Shown here piece by piece: positions 13,901 to 25,418 of a stretch of 64,000 nucleotides of DNA. Position numbers and translations under genes: made by a program. The stretch spans positions 145,080,001 through 145,144,000 of the forward strand of contig NC_091984.1 of NCBI RefSeq assembly GCF_044704955.1. The letters run 5' to 3'. Within the stretch, counting starts at the first letter, position 1; every line of letters begins with the position of its first letter. Source of the DNA: Pristiophorus japonicus (taxonomy: Eukaryota). The notes under the pieces were generated by a model. The model had not been told where the DNA came from, ran no database searches, and saw only the letters and a program-made list of their open reading frames with translations.

Positions 13901-14914
13901 TGGAAGCATTCGAGAGTGAGCAATCACCTGTTACCGCCGGCAGATTAGAACCTGGATGAGCAAGGACCCCTTACTGTCCTTATATAAAAAAAACCTGTGT
14001 GCTTCACGGAAGTTGGTTCAGTGTCTCATTAGAAATGCAGGAAGAAATAAAGCCATACCAGCGGCGTAAAGATGAAATGTCTATACAGGCAGATTGCCTT
14101 CTGTGAGGTAATCAGGTATTGGTACCAAAAAAGGGCAGAGACACTTTCATAGTGGTCTCCACAGTACCCACCCAGGCATTGTAATGATGAAAATGATAGC
14201 CAGATCCCACGTGTGGTGGCCCGGTATTGATGCAGACTTAGAGTCCTGCCTGCACAAATGTAACACATGTTCACAGTTCAGCAGTGCACCCAGGGAGGCG
14301 TCACTAAGTTTATGGTCTTGGCCCTTCAAACCAAAGTCTAGGGTCATGTCGACTATGCAAGCCCATTCTTGGGAAAAATGTTCCTAGTGGTTGTAGATGG
14401 GTACTCCAAGTGGATTGAATGTGAGATAATGTTGGCAAGCACGTCCGCTGCCACCACTGAAAGCCTGCGGGCCATGTTTGCCATGCACGACCTGCCTGAT
14501 GTCCTTGTGAGTGACAATGAGCCGTGTTTCACCAGTGCCGAGTTCAAAGAGTACATGACCTGCAATGGGATCAAACATGTCACATCTGCCTCGTTCAAAC
14601 CGGCATCCAATGGTCAGGCAGAGAGAGCAGTGCAAACAATCAAGCAGAGCTTGAAGAGGGTAACTGAAGGCTCACTGCAGACTCACCTATCCCGAGTCCT
14701 GCTTAGTTACCGCACGAGACCCCAGTTGCTCACTGGGATTCCACCTACTGAACTGCTCATGAAAAGGGCATTTAAGACAAGGCTCTCGTTACTTCACCCT
14801 GATCAACACGAACAGGGAGAGAGCAGGTGGCTTCAACAAAGTACATATCATGATAGCGCAAATGTGTCACGCAAAATTGAAATTAATGATCCTGTATTTG
14901 TGTTGAACTATGGA
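10993..14914 (+). mobile_element. Gypsy B, 5' part (LTR 10993-11195, then gag, protease, RT, RNase H, integrase), broken at ...VLNYG
   Basis: LTR TGTTATATATG...CTACA; gag ELRRLAGHCEF; MELDTG; LETDHKAL; integrase KWIECEI...SDNEPCF...SNGQAERAVQT; switches abruptly to CR1 sequence at 14915. Confidence 0.9.
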
Positions 14915-17392
14915 ATTCTTTGAGGATGTAACGAGCAGGGTGGATAAAGGGGAACCAGTGGATGTTGTGTATTTTGACTTCCAGAAGGCATTTGACAAGG
15001 TGTCACATAAATGGTTACTGCACAAGGTAAAATTCACAGTGTTGGGGGTAATATATTAGAATGGATAGAGGATTGGCTAACTAACAGAAAACAGAGAGTC
15101 GGGATTAATGGTTAATTCTCGTTTTGGCAATCAGTAACTAGTGGGGTGCTGCTGGATCCCCAACTATTTACAATCTATATTAATGACTTGGAAGAAGGAA
15201 TCGAGTGTAACGTAGCTGAGTTTGCTGATGATACAAAGATGGGAGGAAAAGCAATGCGTGAGGAGGACACAAAAAACCTCCAAAAAGGACATAGACAGGC
15301 TAAGTGAGTGGGCAAAAATTTGGCAGATGGAGTATAATGTTGGAAAGTGTGAGGTTATGCACATTGGCAGAAAAAAATCGAAGAGCAAGTTATTATTTAA
15401 ATGGAGAAAAATTGCAAAGTGCTGCAGTACAGCGGGACCTGGGGGTCCTGGTGCATGAAACACAAAATGTTAGTGTGCAGGTACAGCAAGTGATCAGGAA
15501 GGCCAATGGAATCTTGGCCTTTATTGCAAAGGGGATGGAGTATAAAAGCAGGGACGTCTTGCTACAGCTATACAGGGTATTGATGAGGCCACACCTGGAA
15601 TACTGCGTACAGTTTTGGTTTCCATATTTACGAAAGGATATACTTGCCTTGGAGGCCGTTCAAAGAAGGTTCATTAGGTTGATTCCGGGGATGAGGAAAG
15701 GTTGTGTAGGTTGGGCCTCTACTCATTGGAATTCAGAAGAATGAGAGGTGACCTTATCGACCAAGGTGGATACAAAGAGGATGTTTCCACTGATAGGGGA
15801 GACTAAAACTAAGCGGCATAATATTAGAATAAGGTGCCATCCATTTAAAACTGAGATGAGGAGGAATTTATTCTCTCGGTATCTCTAATCTCTAATTATT
15901 CTCTAATCTCTGGATTACTCCAGTGCCATGAGCTAGTGAGTACAGAAACAGGAGGATAGAGCAGACGAATACATGCCTGGAGAGATGGTGCAGGCAGGAG
16001 GGCTTTAGTTTCCTGAGGTATTGGAACCGTTTCAGGGGGAGGTGGAACCTGCACAAGCCGGACGGGTTTCACCTCAACAGAGCCGGGACCAATATCATCG
16101 CGGTGGGGAGGGTTTGCTAGTGCTGTTGGGGAGGGTTTAAACTAGCTGGGCAGGGGGCTGGGAACCTGAAAATAGATTCAGTAGGGAGGGGAGTAAAGCT
16201 GGAATTAGAAAGCAAAAATAAAGTGAGTTTGAAGGAGAGAGGAAACGAGCAGGAAAAAAGGTTAAAAAAACAAATTTAAAGGCTCTTTGTCTAAATGCAC
16301 GTAGCATTTGTAACAAAATAGATGAGTTGACGGCACAAATAGATACAAATGGGTATGATCTGATAGCCATTAGAGAGACATGGTTGCAAGGTGACCAGGA
16401 CTGGGAACTAAATATTCAGGGATGCTTGACAATCCGGATGGACAGACAGAAAGGAAAAGGAGGTGGGGTAGCTCTGTTGATAAAGAATGGAATCACTGCA
16501 ATAGTGAGAAATGATATTGGCTCAAATGATCAGGATGTTGAAACAGTTTGTGTGGAGATAAGGAATAATAAAGGGAAAAAGTCACTGGTGGGCATAATCT
16601 ATAGGCCCCCAAACAGTAGCACCTCTGTTGGTCGGAGAATAAACCAGGAAATAGTGGAGGCTTGTGAAAAGGGAACAGCAATAATCATGGGTGATTTTAA
16701 CCTCCACATTGATTGGTAAAATCAAATTGGTGAGGGTAGCTTTGAGGAAGGGTTCATAGAGTGCATAAGGGAAGGGTTCCTTGAGCAGTCTGTATCGGAA
16801 TCAACCAGGGGGCAGGCTATCTTAGATCTGGTCCTGTGCAATGAAATAGGATTAGTAAACAATCTCCTAGTAAAGGATCCACTTGGAACGAGTGATGATA
16901 ACATGGTTCAATTTCAAATTCAGATGGAGGGTGAGAAAGTTGGATCTCAAACCAGCGTACTCAGCTTAAATAAAGGAGACTACAAAGGTATGAGGGCAGA
17001 GTTGGCTAAAGTGGACTGGGAAAATGGATGAAAGTGTAGGACAGCTGATGAACCGTGGCATACATTTAAGGAGGTATTTAACAACTCTCAAGAAAAATAT
17101 ATTCCAGTGAGGAGGAAAGGTGTAAAAAAAAGATCGCCAACCTGGCTAATTAACAAAATAAAGGACGGTATCCAATTAAAAACAAGGGCATACAAAGTGG
17201 CCAAAACTAGTGGAAGGGCAGAAGATTGGGAAGCTTTGAAAAGCCAGCAAAGATTGACTAAAAAAATGATTAAGAAAGGGAAGATAGACTATGAAAGTAA
17301 ACTAGCACAAAATATAAAAACAGATAGCAAGAGTTTCTATATGTATATAAAAAGGAAAAGAGTGGCTAAAGTAAATGTTGGTCCCTTAGATT
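14915..17392 (+). mobile_element. Tandem CR1 LINE fragments (RT 3' part; ORF1 end and ORF2 endonuclease)
   Basis: QVQQVIRKANG...RPHLEYCVQFW; YDLIAIRETWLQ...YRPPNS...IMGDFNLHIDW. Confidence 0.88.
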
Positions 17393-17629
17393 TTAGGCTG
17401 TGAGCGCGGTTCACAGTTTTCTCCCGTGTCATTAACAAACGTACAGCTGTGGCAACCTCCCTCTTTCACTTCCTCTGTGGGTGAAGTTTCATTCTTCCGA
17501 TCTGTCAGTCTCTTCAGTTATTTTTTGCATGGGGGATTTCTGCTGTGGTCTGAGTCTCTAATAATAACCGTCCAATCAGGCAGAATAACAGCAGCTCGGA
17601 CCGGCTAGGACAGCGGACCCAGGCTCAGT

Positions 17630-18075
17630 GCTGACCCTGCAACGTCCTCCTCACCAACATCTGGGGACTTGAGCCAAAAGTGAGAGAGCTGCCCCACAGA
17701 CTAGTCAAGCACCAGCCTGACATAGTCCTACTCACAGAATCAGACCTTTCAGCCAATGTTCCAGACTCCTCCATCACCCGAGGTGGCAGCTCAGTGGTAT
17801 ACAGTCGGGAGGGAGTGGCCCTGGGAGTCCTCAACATTGACTCCGGACCCCATGAAGTCTCATGGCATCAGGTCAAACACGGGCAATGAAACCTCCTGCT
17901 GATTACCACCTCCCGCCCTCCCTCAGCTGATGAATCAGTACTCCTCCATGTTGAACACCACTCGAAAGAAACACTGAGAGTAGCAAGGGCACAGAATGTA
18001 CTCTGGGTGGGGGACTTCACTGTCCATCACCAAGAGTGGCTTGGTAGTACCACTACTGACCGAGCTGGCCGAGAG
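17630..18075 (+). mobile_element. APE endonuclease fragment of a different non-LTR family
   Basis: RELPHRLVKHQPDIVLLTES...RGGSSVVY; later LWVGDF motif. Confidence 0.55.
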
Positions 18076-18099
18076 GGGCGATGCTGACATTGCAATCCC

Positions 18100-20023
18100 A
18101 GGTACCGGAGGACTGGAGGACTGCAAACATGGTACCTTTGTTTAAAAAGGGAGCAAGGGATAGATCGAGTCACTACAGGTCAGTCAGACTCACCTCGGGG
18201 GCGGGATAGGAGGAATCTTCATTTAACAAAACACGGATTAATCAAGGACAGTCAGCATGGATTTATTAAGGGAAGTTTGTGTCTGAATAACTTGATTCAA
18301 TTTTTTGAGGAGATAACATTGTAACGCCTCTGTTTAAAAAAGGGGGCAGACAAAAGGCAGGTAACTATAGGCCGGTATGTTTAACATCTGTAGTGGGGAA
18401 AATGCTTGAAACTATCATTAAGGAAGAAATAGCGGGACATCTAGATTGGAATAGTGCAATCAAGCAGACGCATCATGGATTCATGAACGGGAAATCATGT
18501 TTAACTAATTCACTGGAATTCTTTGAGGATTACGAGCATGGTGCATAGAGGTGTACCGATGGATGTGGTGCATTTAGATTTTCAAAAGGCATTCGATAAG
18601 GTGCCACACAAAAGGTTACTGCAGAAGATAAAGGTACGCGGAGTCAGTGGAAATGTATTACCATGGATAGAGAATTGGCTGGCTAGCAGAAAGCAGAGAA
18701 TCGGGATAAATGGGTCCTTTTCGGGTTGGAAATCGGTGGTTTGTGGTGTGCCACAGGGATTGGTGCTGGGACCACAACTGTTTACAATATACATAAATGA
18801 CCTGGAAGAGGGGACAGAGTGTAGTGTAACAAAATTTGCAGATGACGCAAAGATTAGTGGGAAAGCGGGTTGTGTAGAGGACACAGAGAGGCTGCAAAGA
18901 GATTTAGATAGGTTCAGCAAATGGGCTAAGGTTTGGCAGATGGAATACAATGTCGGAAAATGTGAGGTAATCCACCTTGGGAAAAAAAACAGGAAAAGGG
19001 AATATTATTTGAATGGGGAGAAATTACAACATGTTGCGGTGCAGAGGGACCTGGGGGTCCTTGTGAATGAAAGTCTTTTAGAGTTTATCTGTAAAACAAA
19101 ACATTAAACCGTGCCACCCGAACTGGGTGACACACCAGACATTTACAAGGCCCTTTTTTTCCTTTTTTTTTGTGTTTTTTTTTGTTTGTTTTTTTTTTTT
19201 TGGGCACTAAAATCACAATTTTTCCCCAGTGCCCCCTATAAAGGGAAGGGGGACACTAAAAGCACTGGCAATTAAAACAAATTAAACTTTAAAACGTAAA
19301 ATCAAATTAAAATTTGGTTATCCCAAAAAGTTAGTTTGCAGGTGCAACAGGTAATCAGGAAGGCAAATGGATTGTTGGCCTTCATTGCGAGAGGGATGGA
19401 GTACAAAAGCAGGGAGGGCCTTCTGCAACTGAATAGGGTATTGGTGAGGCCACACCTGGAGTACTGCGTGCAGTTTTGGTCACCTTTCTTAAGGAAGGAT
19501 ATATTAGCCTTGGAGGGGATACAGAGACGATTCACTAGGCTGATTCCAGAGATGAGGGGGTTACCTTATGATGATAGATTGAGTAGACTGGGTCTTTACT
19601 CGTTGGAGTTCAGAAGGATGAGGGGTGATCTTATAGAAACATTTAAAATAATGAAAGGGATAGACAAGATAGAGGCAGAGAGGTTGTTTCTACTGGTCGG
19701 GGAGACTAGAACTAGGTGGCACAGCCTCAAAATACAGGGGAGCCAATTTAAAACCGAGTTGAGAAGGAATTTCTTCTCCCAGAGGGTTGTAAATCTGTGG
19801 AATTCTCTGCCCAAGGAAGCAGTTGAGGCTAGCTCATTGAATGTATTCAAGTCACAGATAGATAGATTTTTAACCATTAAGGGAATTAAGGGTTATGGGG
19901 AGCGGGCGGGTAAGTGGAGCTGAGTCCACGGCCAGATCAGCCATGATCTTGTTGAGTGGCGGAGCAGGCTCGAGGGGCTAGATGGCCTACTCCTGTTCCT
20001 AATTCTTATGTTCTTATGTTCTT
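18100..20023 (+). mobile_element. CR1 LINE ORF2 3' half with (TTCTTATG)n tail, interrupted at ~19071-19319
   Basis: LDFQKAFDKVPH...GVPQGLVLGP...KFADDAK; ORF 19336-19923 ending GERAGKWS; tail repeats near 20003-20023. Confidence 0.92.
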
Positions 20024-20164
20024 AAGGAGGGTTAATGAGGGCAGTGCGTTTGATGACGTGTATATGGATTTTAGCAAAACTTTTTAAAGGCAGTCTTGTC
20101 GCAAAAGTAAAAGCCCATGGGATCCAGGGCAAAGTGACAAGTTGGATCCAAAATTGCCTCAGAT

Positions 20165-20680
20165 GCAGGAACCATAGAAAATTGGTGGAGCAGGCTATTC
20201 GGCCCTTCGAGCCTGCACCACCATTCAATAAGATCATTCCCTCAGTACCCCTTTCCTGCTTTCTCTCCATATCCCTTGATCCCTCAGCCGTAAGGGCCAT
20301 ATCCAACTCTCTCTTGAATATATCCAATGAACTGGCATCAACAACTCTCTGCGGCAGGGAATTCCACAGGTTAACAACTCTCTGAGTGAAGAAATTTCTC
20401 CTCATCTTAGTCATAAATGGCCTACCCCTTATCCTAAGACTGTGTCCCCTAGTTCTGGACTTCCCCAACATCGGGAACATTCTTCCCGCATCTAACATGT
20501 CCCGTCCCATCAGAATCTTATATGTTTCTCTGAGATTCCCCCTTTTCCTTCTAAACTCTCGTGAAGAAAGGCCCAGTTGATTCAGCCTCTCCTCATATGA
20601 AGGTGCAACCATCCCTGGAATCAGTCTGGTGAACCTTCGCTGCACTCCCTCAATAGCAAGAACGTCCTTCCTCAGATTAG
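20165..20680 (-). mobile_element. CR1 3' fragment nested in a plus-strand CR1 (20025-20831)
   Basis: ORF 20022-20645(-) QRRFTRLIPG...RRNFFTQRVVNLWNSLP; host CR1 resumes at ~20681. Confidence 0.85.
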
Positions 20681-20831
20681 GGTAATGGTTGATGGGTGTT
20701 TTTGTGACTGGAAGGCTGTATCTGCTGGGGTTCCACAGGGCTCAGTGCTGGGTCCCTTGCTTTTTGTGGTATATATCAATGATTTAGACTTGAATGTAGG
20801 GGGTATGATTCAGAAGTCTGCAGATGATACT

Positions 20832-21712
20832 TGTAATGTATAAATAAAGAGTCTGACCAGATACTGTGAGCTCAAAGTAAAGTGTGACCTTGGTCTTTCT
20901 TTGCACATCTCCAGAGTGCCTCTCCAGCCTGTGAGGACTCCGTCAGTAAAGGGATTGTGGGATTTCTTGGGACTCCAGGGGATGAGCCCTCTGGTGGTTA
21001 AACAAGGTATTTACAGGGTTACATATATAACACTCCCCCACCCACGCCCCCCCCCAAAGTCAATCGTGTAACTATTTACAAGGTGAGTCGAAGTGGGGCC
21101 TTTCTTTCCCTGGTTGATTTTTATTTTATTTTATTTTTTTTTTGAAATTCGTAGCCAATCGTTCCAATTCTTTGTCAAATCACAAACGCCAGAGGTCACC
21201 TTGGGCCCATTCAAGGATCACTCTGCGCCAATGCTCTTAGCCAAAAGGCCTAGAGCCACTGCACCGTTCCTGGAAGTACTGCAATACCAGGTTCGTGCCA
21301 TGGAGGTGGATGGGTCAGGCCCCCCACACACCTCCGTGGAGGTGGATGGGTCAAGCCACCCCACCCACCTGTGTTGATGTCTAGGTACAAATGCTGGTTT
21401 TGGTGAGTCGTTTGTTGGGCCCTCGCTGGGCTGCTGTGTAGCTGGCCTTGCTGGGCTGCCTGGTGTGGTGAGTCCTGCTGGGCTGCTGGGTTCTGCTTCG
21501 TGGTCAACCACTGTGTCGGTTGCTACTGGTGTGTGTGTTGGGGGGGTCATAAAAGATACGGTCTAATGTGGGTTGCTCTGGATAGTCCGTGAATCTGAGT
21601 TTGGTTTGGTCCAAGTGTTTCCTGTAAATGAGTCCATTTGAAAGTTTGACCCAAAACACCCTACTCCCCTCTTTGGCCATGACAGTGCTGGGAAACCACT
21701 TGGGACCTTGTC
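20832..21712 (-). mobile_element. Gypsy B, 3' part (integrase tail, PPT, 3' LTR 20832-21032), now inverted
   Basis: 20832-21032 is the reverse complement of LTR 10993-11195; G-rich PPT on the minus strand at ~21033-21056; the minus strand reads QGPKW...RKHLDQTKLRF, the expected continuation of ...VLNYG. Confidence 0.9.
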
Positions 21713-22314
21713 ACGTCCAGGGGATTTATCTGCCTTTAGTCCCATTATCTTACTGAGTACCACCTCCTTAGTGATTGTTATGCGTTAAGTTCCAACCCCG
21801 GTAACCCAGCAAATTGTTCCTTTTCAAATATATATCCAATTCCCTCTTGCAGACCTGGGCCCACAGCACTAGACTGCCCTTAACCTGGGCACAACATTGG
21901 CATCTTATTCATTCACTGGGACAGGAAATACCTGGTGTGGGAAATGGAGCCCAGGGCTCTGAACATTCCCTCTGCTCTCCTGAGAAAAGCTGCATGCTGG
22001 GGTCCAGTTCCATGGGCCCCGACAGCACATTCCGACCTCACCCAATTCCCCATTCCACGTGTGTAAGCCTGGACCCTCTCAGCAGGATATCCGACTGCAG
22101 GAGGCCTCACCACAGTGTCCAGCACTGTCCTCACCCGAAATCCACACACAGTCTGCATTGATCGGGAGCCTTTAAGGTGCTAAAGTTGTCAAGCCGCTTG
22201 CCAGCAGGATATCGGAGCACAGGGCGCTTCACCCACAGCATCGACTCTCAGAGGGCAGTGAGGTCAGGGGCAGTACGTCAGTGAGGTCTTTGCGAGCAGC
22301 AAGATCAACTTTTT

Positions 22315-22670
22315 TTTAAAATTCTGACGGGACTGGACAGGTTAGATGCAGGAAGAATGTTTCCGATTTTGGGGGAGCCCAGAACCAGGGGTCACAATCT
22401 AAGATAAGGGGTAAGCCATTTAGGACTGAGATGAGGAGAAACTTCTTCACTCAGAGAGTTGTTAACCTGTGAAATTCTCTACCGCAGAGAGTTGTTGATG
22501 CCAGTTCATTGGGTATATTCAAAAGGGAGTTTGATATGGCCCTCGCGGCTAAAGGGATCAAGCAGGAAAGGGGTACTGAGGTGAATGATCAGCCATGATC
22601 TTATTAAATGGTGGTGCAGGCTCAAAGAGGCGAATGGCCGACTCCTGCACCTATTTTCTATGTTTCTATG
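22315..22670 (+). mobile_element. CR1 3' end with TTTCTATG tail
   Basis: Typical CR1 C-terminus/3' UTR; tail ttttctatgtttctatg. Confidence 0.85.
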
Positions 22671-22671
22671 T

Positions 22672-23094
22672 CCAATAGGACAAATAGGAAGGAACAACGT
22701 TTCCTGGTGCCTATTGGTGGACCAATACGAATGAGCCATGTTTCCTGGTCCCGACTGGAGGATCAATAGGAAAAAGCCATGTTCCCTGATTCCTCTTGGA
22801 GGACCAACCGGAAGGAGCCATGTTTCCTGGTCCCAATTGCAGGACCAATAGGAAGGAACCATATTTCCTTGTCCCGATTAGGCACCAATAGGAAGTAGCC
22901 ATGTTTAATGATCCGTATTGGACAACCAATAGGAAGAAGCCATGTTTCATTGTACCTATTGGAGGATCAATAGGACGGCACCATGTTGCCTGGATCCAAG
23001 TGGGGGACTAATAGGAAGGAGCCATGATTCCTGGGCCCTATTGTGGTACCAATAAGAAGGAGCCATATTGCCTGGGCCCGATTGGAGGACCAGT
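22672..23094. repeat. Degenerate ~41-bp minisatellite, ~10 copies (consensus GGACCAATAGGAAGGAGCCATGTTTCCTGGTCCCGATTGGA)
   Basis: Tandem periodicity read directly. Confidence 0.85.
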
Positions 23095-23526
23095 GGGACA
23101 TGGAATGTGGACCCTTCCTGTTGTACATGTGGGATCATCGTGCATCTGATCCCAGTAAAACACCCTGATCTGGAGCGGGGCCATGGAAGAGGAAGGGATT
23201 CGAAGATGTTCTGAGCGGACAGGATGGAGCAGCGGGTCAGACCCAGTCCTGTTGGACCAGCTCACACTGATGGGGTGAGGATCTCCTCCCTCTGCTGGGC
23301 CTTCATGAAATGAGCTTTCTGTTCAAACCAGTCCCCACTGAGAATAGGCCCACAGCACAGAACGGCCCTTAATTGGGCAATAAACAACCAGTGTACTGAG
23401 AGAGGCCAAGGGGTGGCCACTGTGGGGAAGGGGGCCTTACTTCAGAAGGCATGCTCTGGGGTCAAGGGTTAACATCCATTGGTGGGGGAGGGCACAGGGA
23501 GGTTTATTCTGCATTTCAGTGTGCTG

Positions 23527-23706
23527 CACCTGGGAGTCTGTGGGGAAGGGAGAGTGGGAGAGAGATGGAGGAATGGAGAGCGCAAGAGGGGGAGAACGAG
23601 GGTGGGGAAGAGGAAGTGAAATGTGCTGATGTTGCTTTCTCTGGGTGAAGACATTTACATACTGAGGGATGGGCAGTGAGACTCTCACAGGCTGCAGGTT
23701 TATAAA
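23527..23706 (+). promoter_or_regulatory. Ig light-chain V promoter: E-box CACCTG (23527-23532), EICE GGAAGTGAAA (23612-23621), variant octamer ATTTACAT (23653-23660), TATAAA (23701-23706)
   Basis: Motifs in the order and spacing expected upstream of a light-chain leader ATG (23766, CACCATG context). Confidence 0.75.
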
Positions 23707-23765
23707 GCAGAGCCCAGTGAAGGGCAGTTTATCAATAAGCAGGCACAGGGACAGGAGCAGACACC

Positions 23766-23814
23766 ATGATTTCACCCATCCAGCTGATCTGGCCTCTGGC
23801 ATTCTGCATCGCAG
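23766..23814 (+). CDS. IGKV: Ig kappa leader exon (MISPIQLIWPLAFCIA/G)
   Basis: Hydrophobic signal peptide; phase-1 GT donor at 23815; pyrimidine-rich AG acceptor at 24000-24001; completes as G-ISG before DIIMTQ. Confidence 0.93.
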
Positions 23815-24001
23815 GTACGAATCTCTCTCCTTCCACATTTAATATCTCCCTGCTGTCGATTTCTGTCCAACTCTACTGACCAGTGATTGAAGGGCAAATG
23901 CTGACACTAGAGGAGAGCTCAGTGTCTCGAGCAATCTCTCATTTTACAGCGTCTTTCTGTGACAGTGCTTACTTCACTTTCTTTCCCCATTTCCCCCTCA
24001 G

Positions 24002-24300
24002 GTATCAGTGGGGACATCATCATGACCCAGTCTCCCCCGGTGCTGTCAGTGAGTGAGGGACAGACTGCAACCATCACCTGTACCGCCAGTGCATCCGTTA
24101 GCAATTATGTTAATTGGTACCAGCAGAAAGCCGGGCAGAAACCCACTCTGCTGATCTATGCAGCAACATCTCGTTTCACTGGAACCTCCGATCGCTTCAC
24201 CGGCAGTTACCAGTCCAACACGTACACCCTGAGCATCAGCAACGTGCAGAGCGAGGATGTCGCAGTCTATTACTGTCAGCAAGGGTATAGCTATCCTCTA
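24002..24300 (+). CDS. IGKV: Ig kappa (type III/NS4-like) V segment, germline, open frame
   Basis: [13 protein letters not shown]...ITC...[15 protein letters not shown]...[16 protein letters not shown]; both Cys and the Trp conserved; followed by a 12-RSS. Confidence 0.96.
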
Positions 24301-24328
24301 CACTGTGATACACTACCGTACAAAAACC
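24301..24328 (+). other. V recombination signal sequence, 12-bp spacer
   Basis: CACTGTG + ATACACTACCGT (12 nt) + ACAAAAACC (consensus nonamer). V-12/J-23 is the kappa configuration. Confidence 0.96.
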
Positions 24329-24335
24329 TCAATAT

Positions 24336-24416
24336 ACACAGCCCCACCTCCTGTACTGACTCACCCCACAGTTATATATAATATATAATAATGGACACAC
24401 AGCCCCACCTCCTGTA
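24336..24416. repeat. ~1.3 copies of a 61-bp unit directly behind the V RSS
   Basis: Exact reverse complement of the unit arrayed at 59793-60133. Confidence 0.9.
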
Positions 24417-24734
24417 AGGTTTTACACATGACTGACACACAGCTCGATGGGAGTGACAGCAGGAATATTCAGCTGGAAGCTGCAGTGAATTGGGAAAGGA
24501 TGGAGTGGGTCAGAGAGGAGTTGGGGCTGTGTCTTCATCACTGAGAATCTCACAGCTCTACTCTGTACATTCAGATAGCACGGAGACACTGGGTGGTCCC
24601 TGTGTCCTCAATCCAAATAATCTCACAAACCCCCCACTATTGAGAGGGCCACAACTTATTAAACCCAAAGCATAAACATGAAAGGACAGTGAACAAGTGA
24701 AATGGTCGTGCTCTTTCCCTGCTGACCCCACACT

Positions 24735-25410
24735 CCAGGCCCTGCAGTGCCCACCCATCGCAGAAGGCCTCAGGCCTATCCTGGGTTCCGTCTCCAGGGC
24801 CACCAGGGCGCAGACAAAGCCCCCGAAGTCAGGCAGGCAGTGTGACCTCCCCAAGGGCCCGGTCCAACCGGGACCTGTGGATGGTCTGCCCGCTCCCCCC
24901 GCACTGGGTGGCCAGGAGCAGGCCCACGGGGAGGCCCTCCGACCTGCCCGCTCCCCCCTGCACTGTGACCAGACCCAGGAGCAGGCCCATCGGGAGGCCC
25001 TCCGACCTGCCCGCTCCCCCCGAACCGGGTGACCAGGACCAGGAGTTTGGGACTGAAGTGGAGCCAGAAATCGAGGAGCAGCCCCTTCAAATAGTGGAAG
25101 AGGGGCTGCATCCTCTCACACTCCACGTACACACGAGTCACGGAATGAGGAAACAGGTTTCTAAAGCCCCTGAAACTCGTTATTTTATAATGATCCCCGA
25201 GGAAGGCCTGTGTCAGCAACACAAACATCTCGCTTGCAGACGGAGCCCGTTGTTCAAGGGGCACAAAGAGGTGAGCCCTGTGTGACGGGGACTTTCATTC
25301 TCCAGCAATTCCGTGGCCCCAGGGTTACCGTCTGATGGGGCGGGAAGGGCAGCTGGGAGATTTGTCCCAAACACATCGGATCCCCAACTCTCCCGGGCAC
25401 TGCCACAGGC
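24735..25410 (-). mobile_element. Tx1/L1-like LINE ORF2 C-terminal fragment inside the V-J interval
   Basis: GC-rich; minus frame VYVECERMQPLFHYLKGLLLDFWLHFSPKLL resembles the Tx1 post-RT zinc-knuckle region; internal ~60-bp duplication at 24913-25021. Confidence 0.6.
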
Positions 25411-25418
25411 AACTCGGA

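Noticed and set aside
14905-14925. RAG-mediated origin of the inversion breakpoints
   Set aside because: No heptamer/nonamer at either junction, only microhomology.
23959-24381. 140-aa ORF-track product
   Set aside because: Reads through intron and RSS; the real coding part is the spliced leader plus V 24002-24300.
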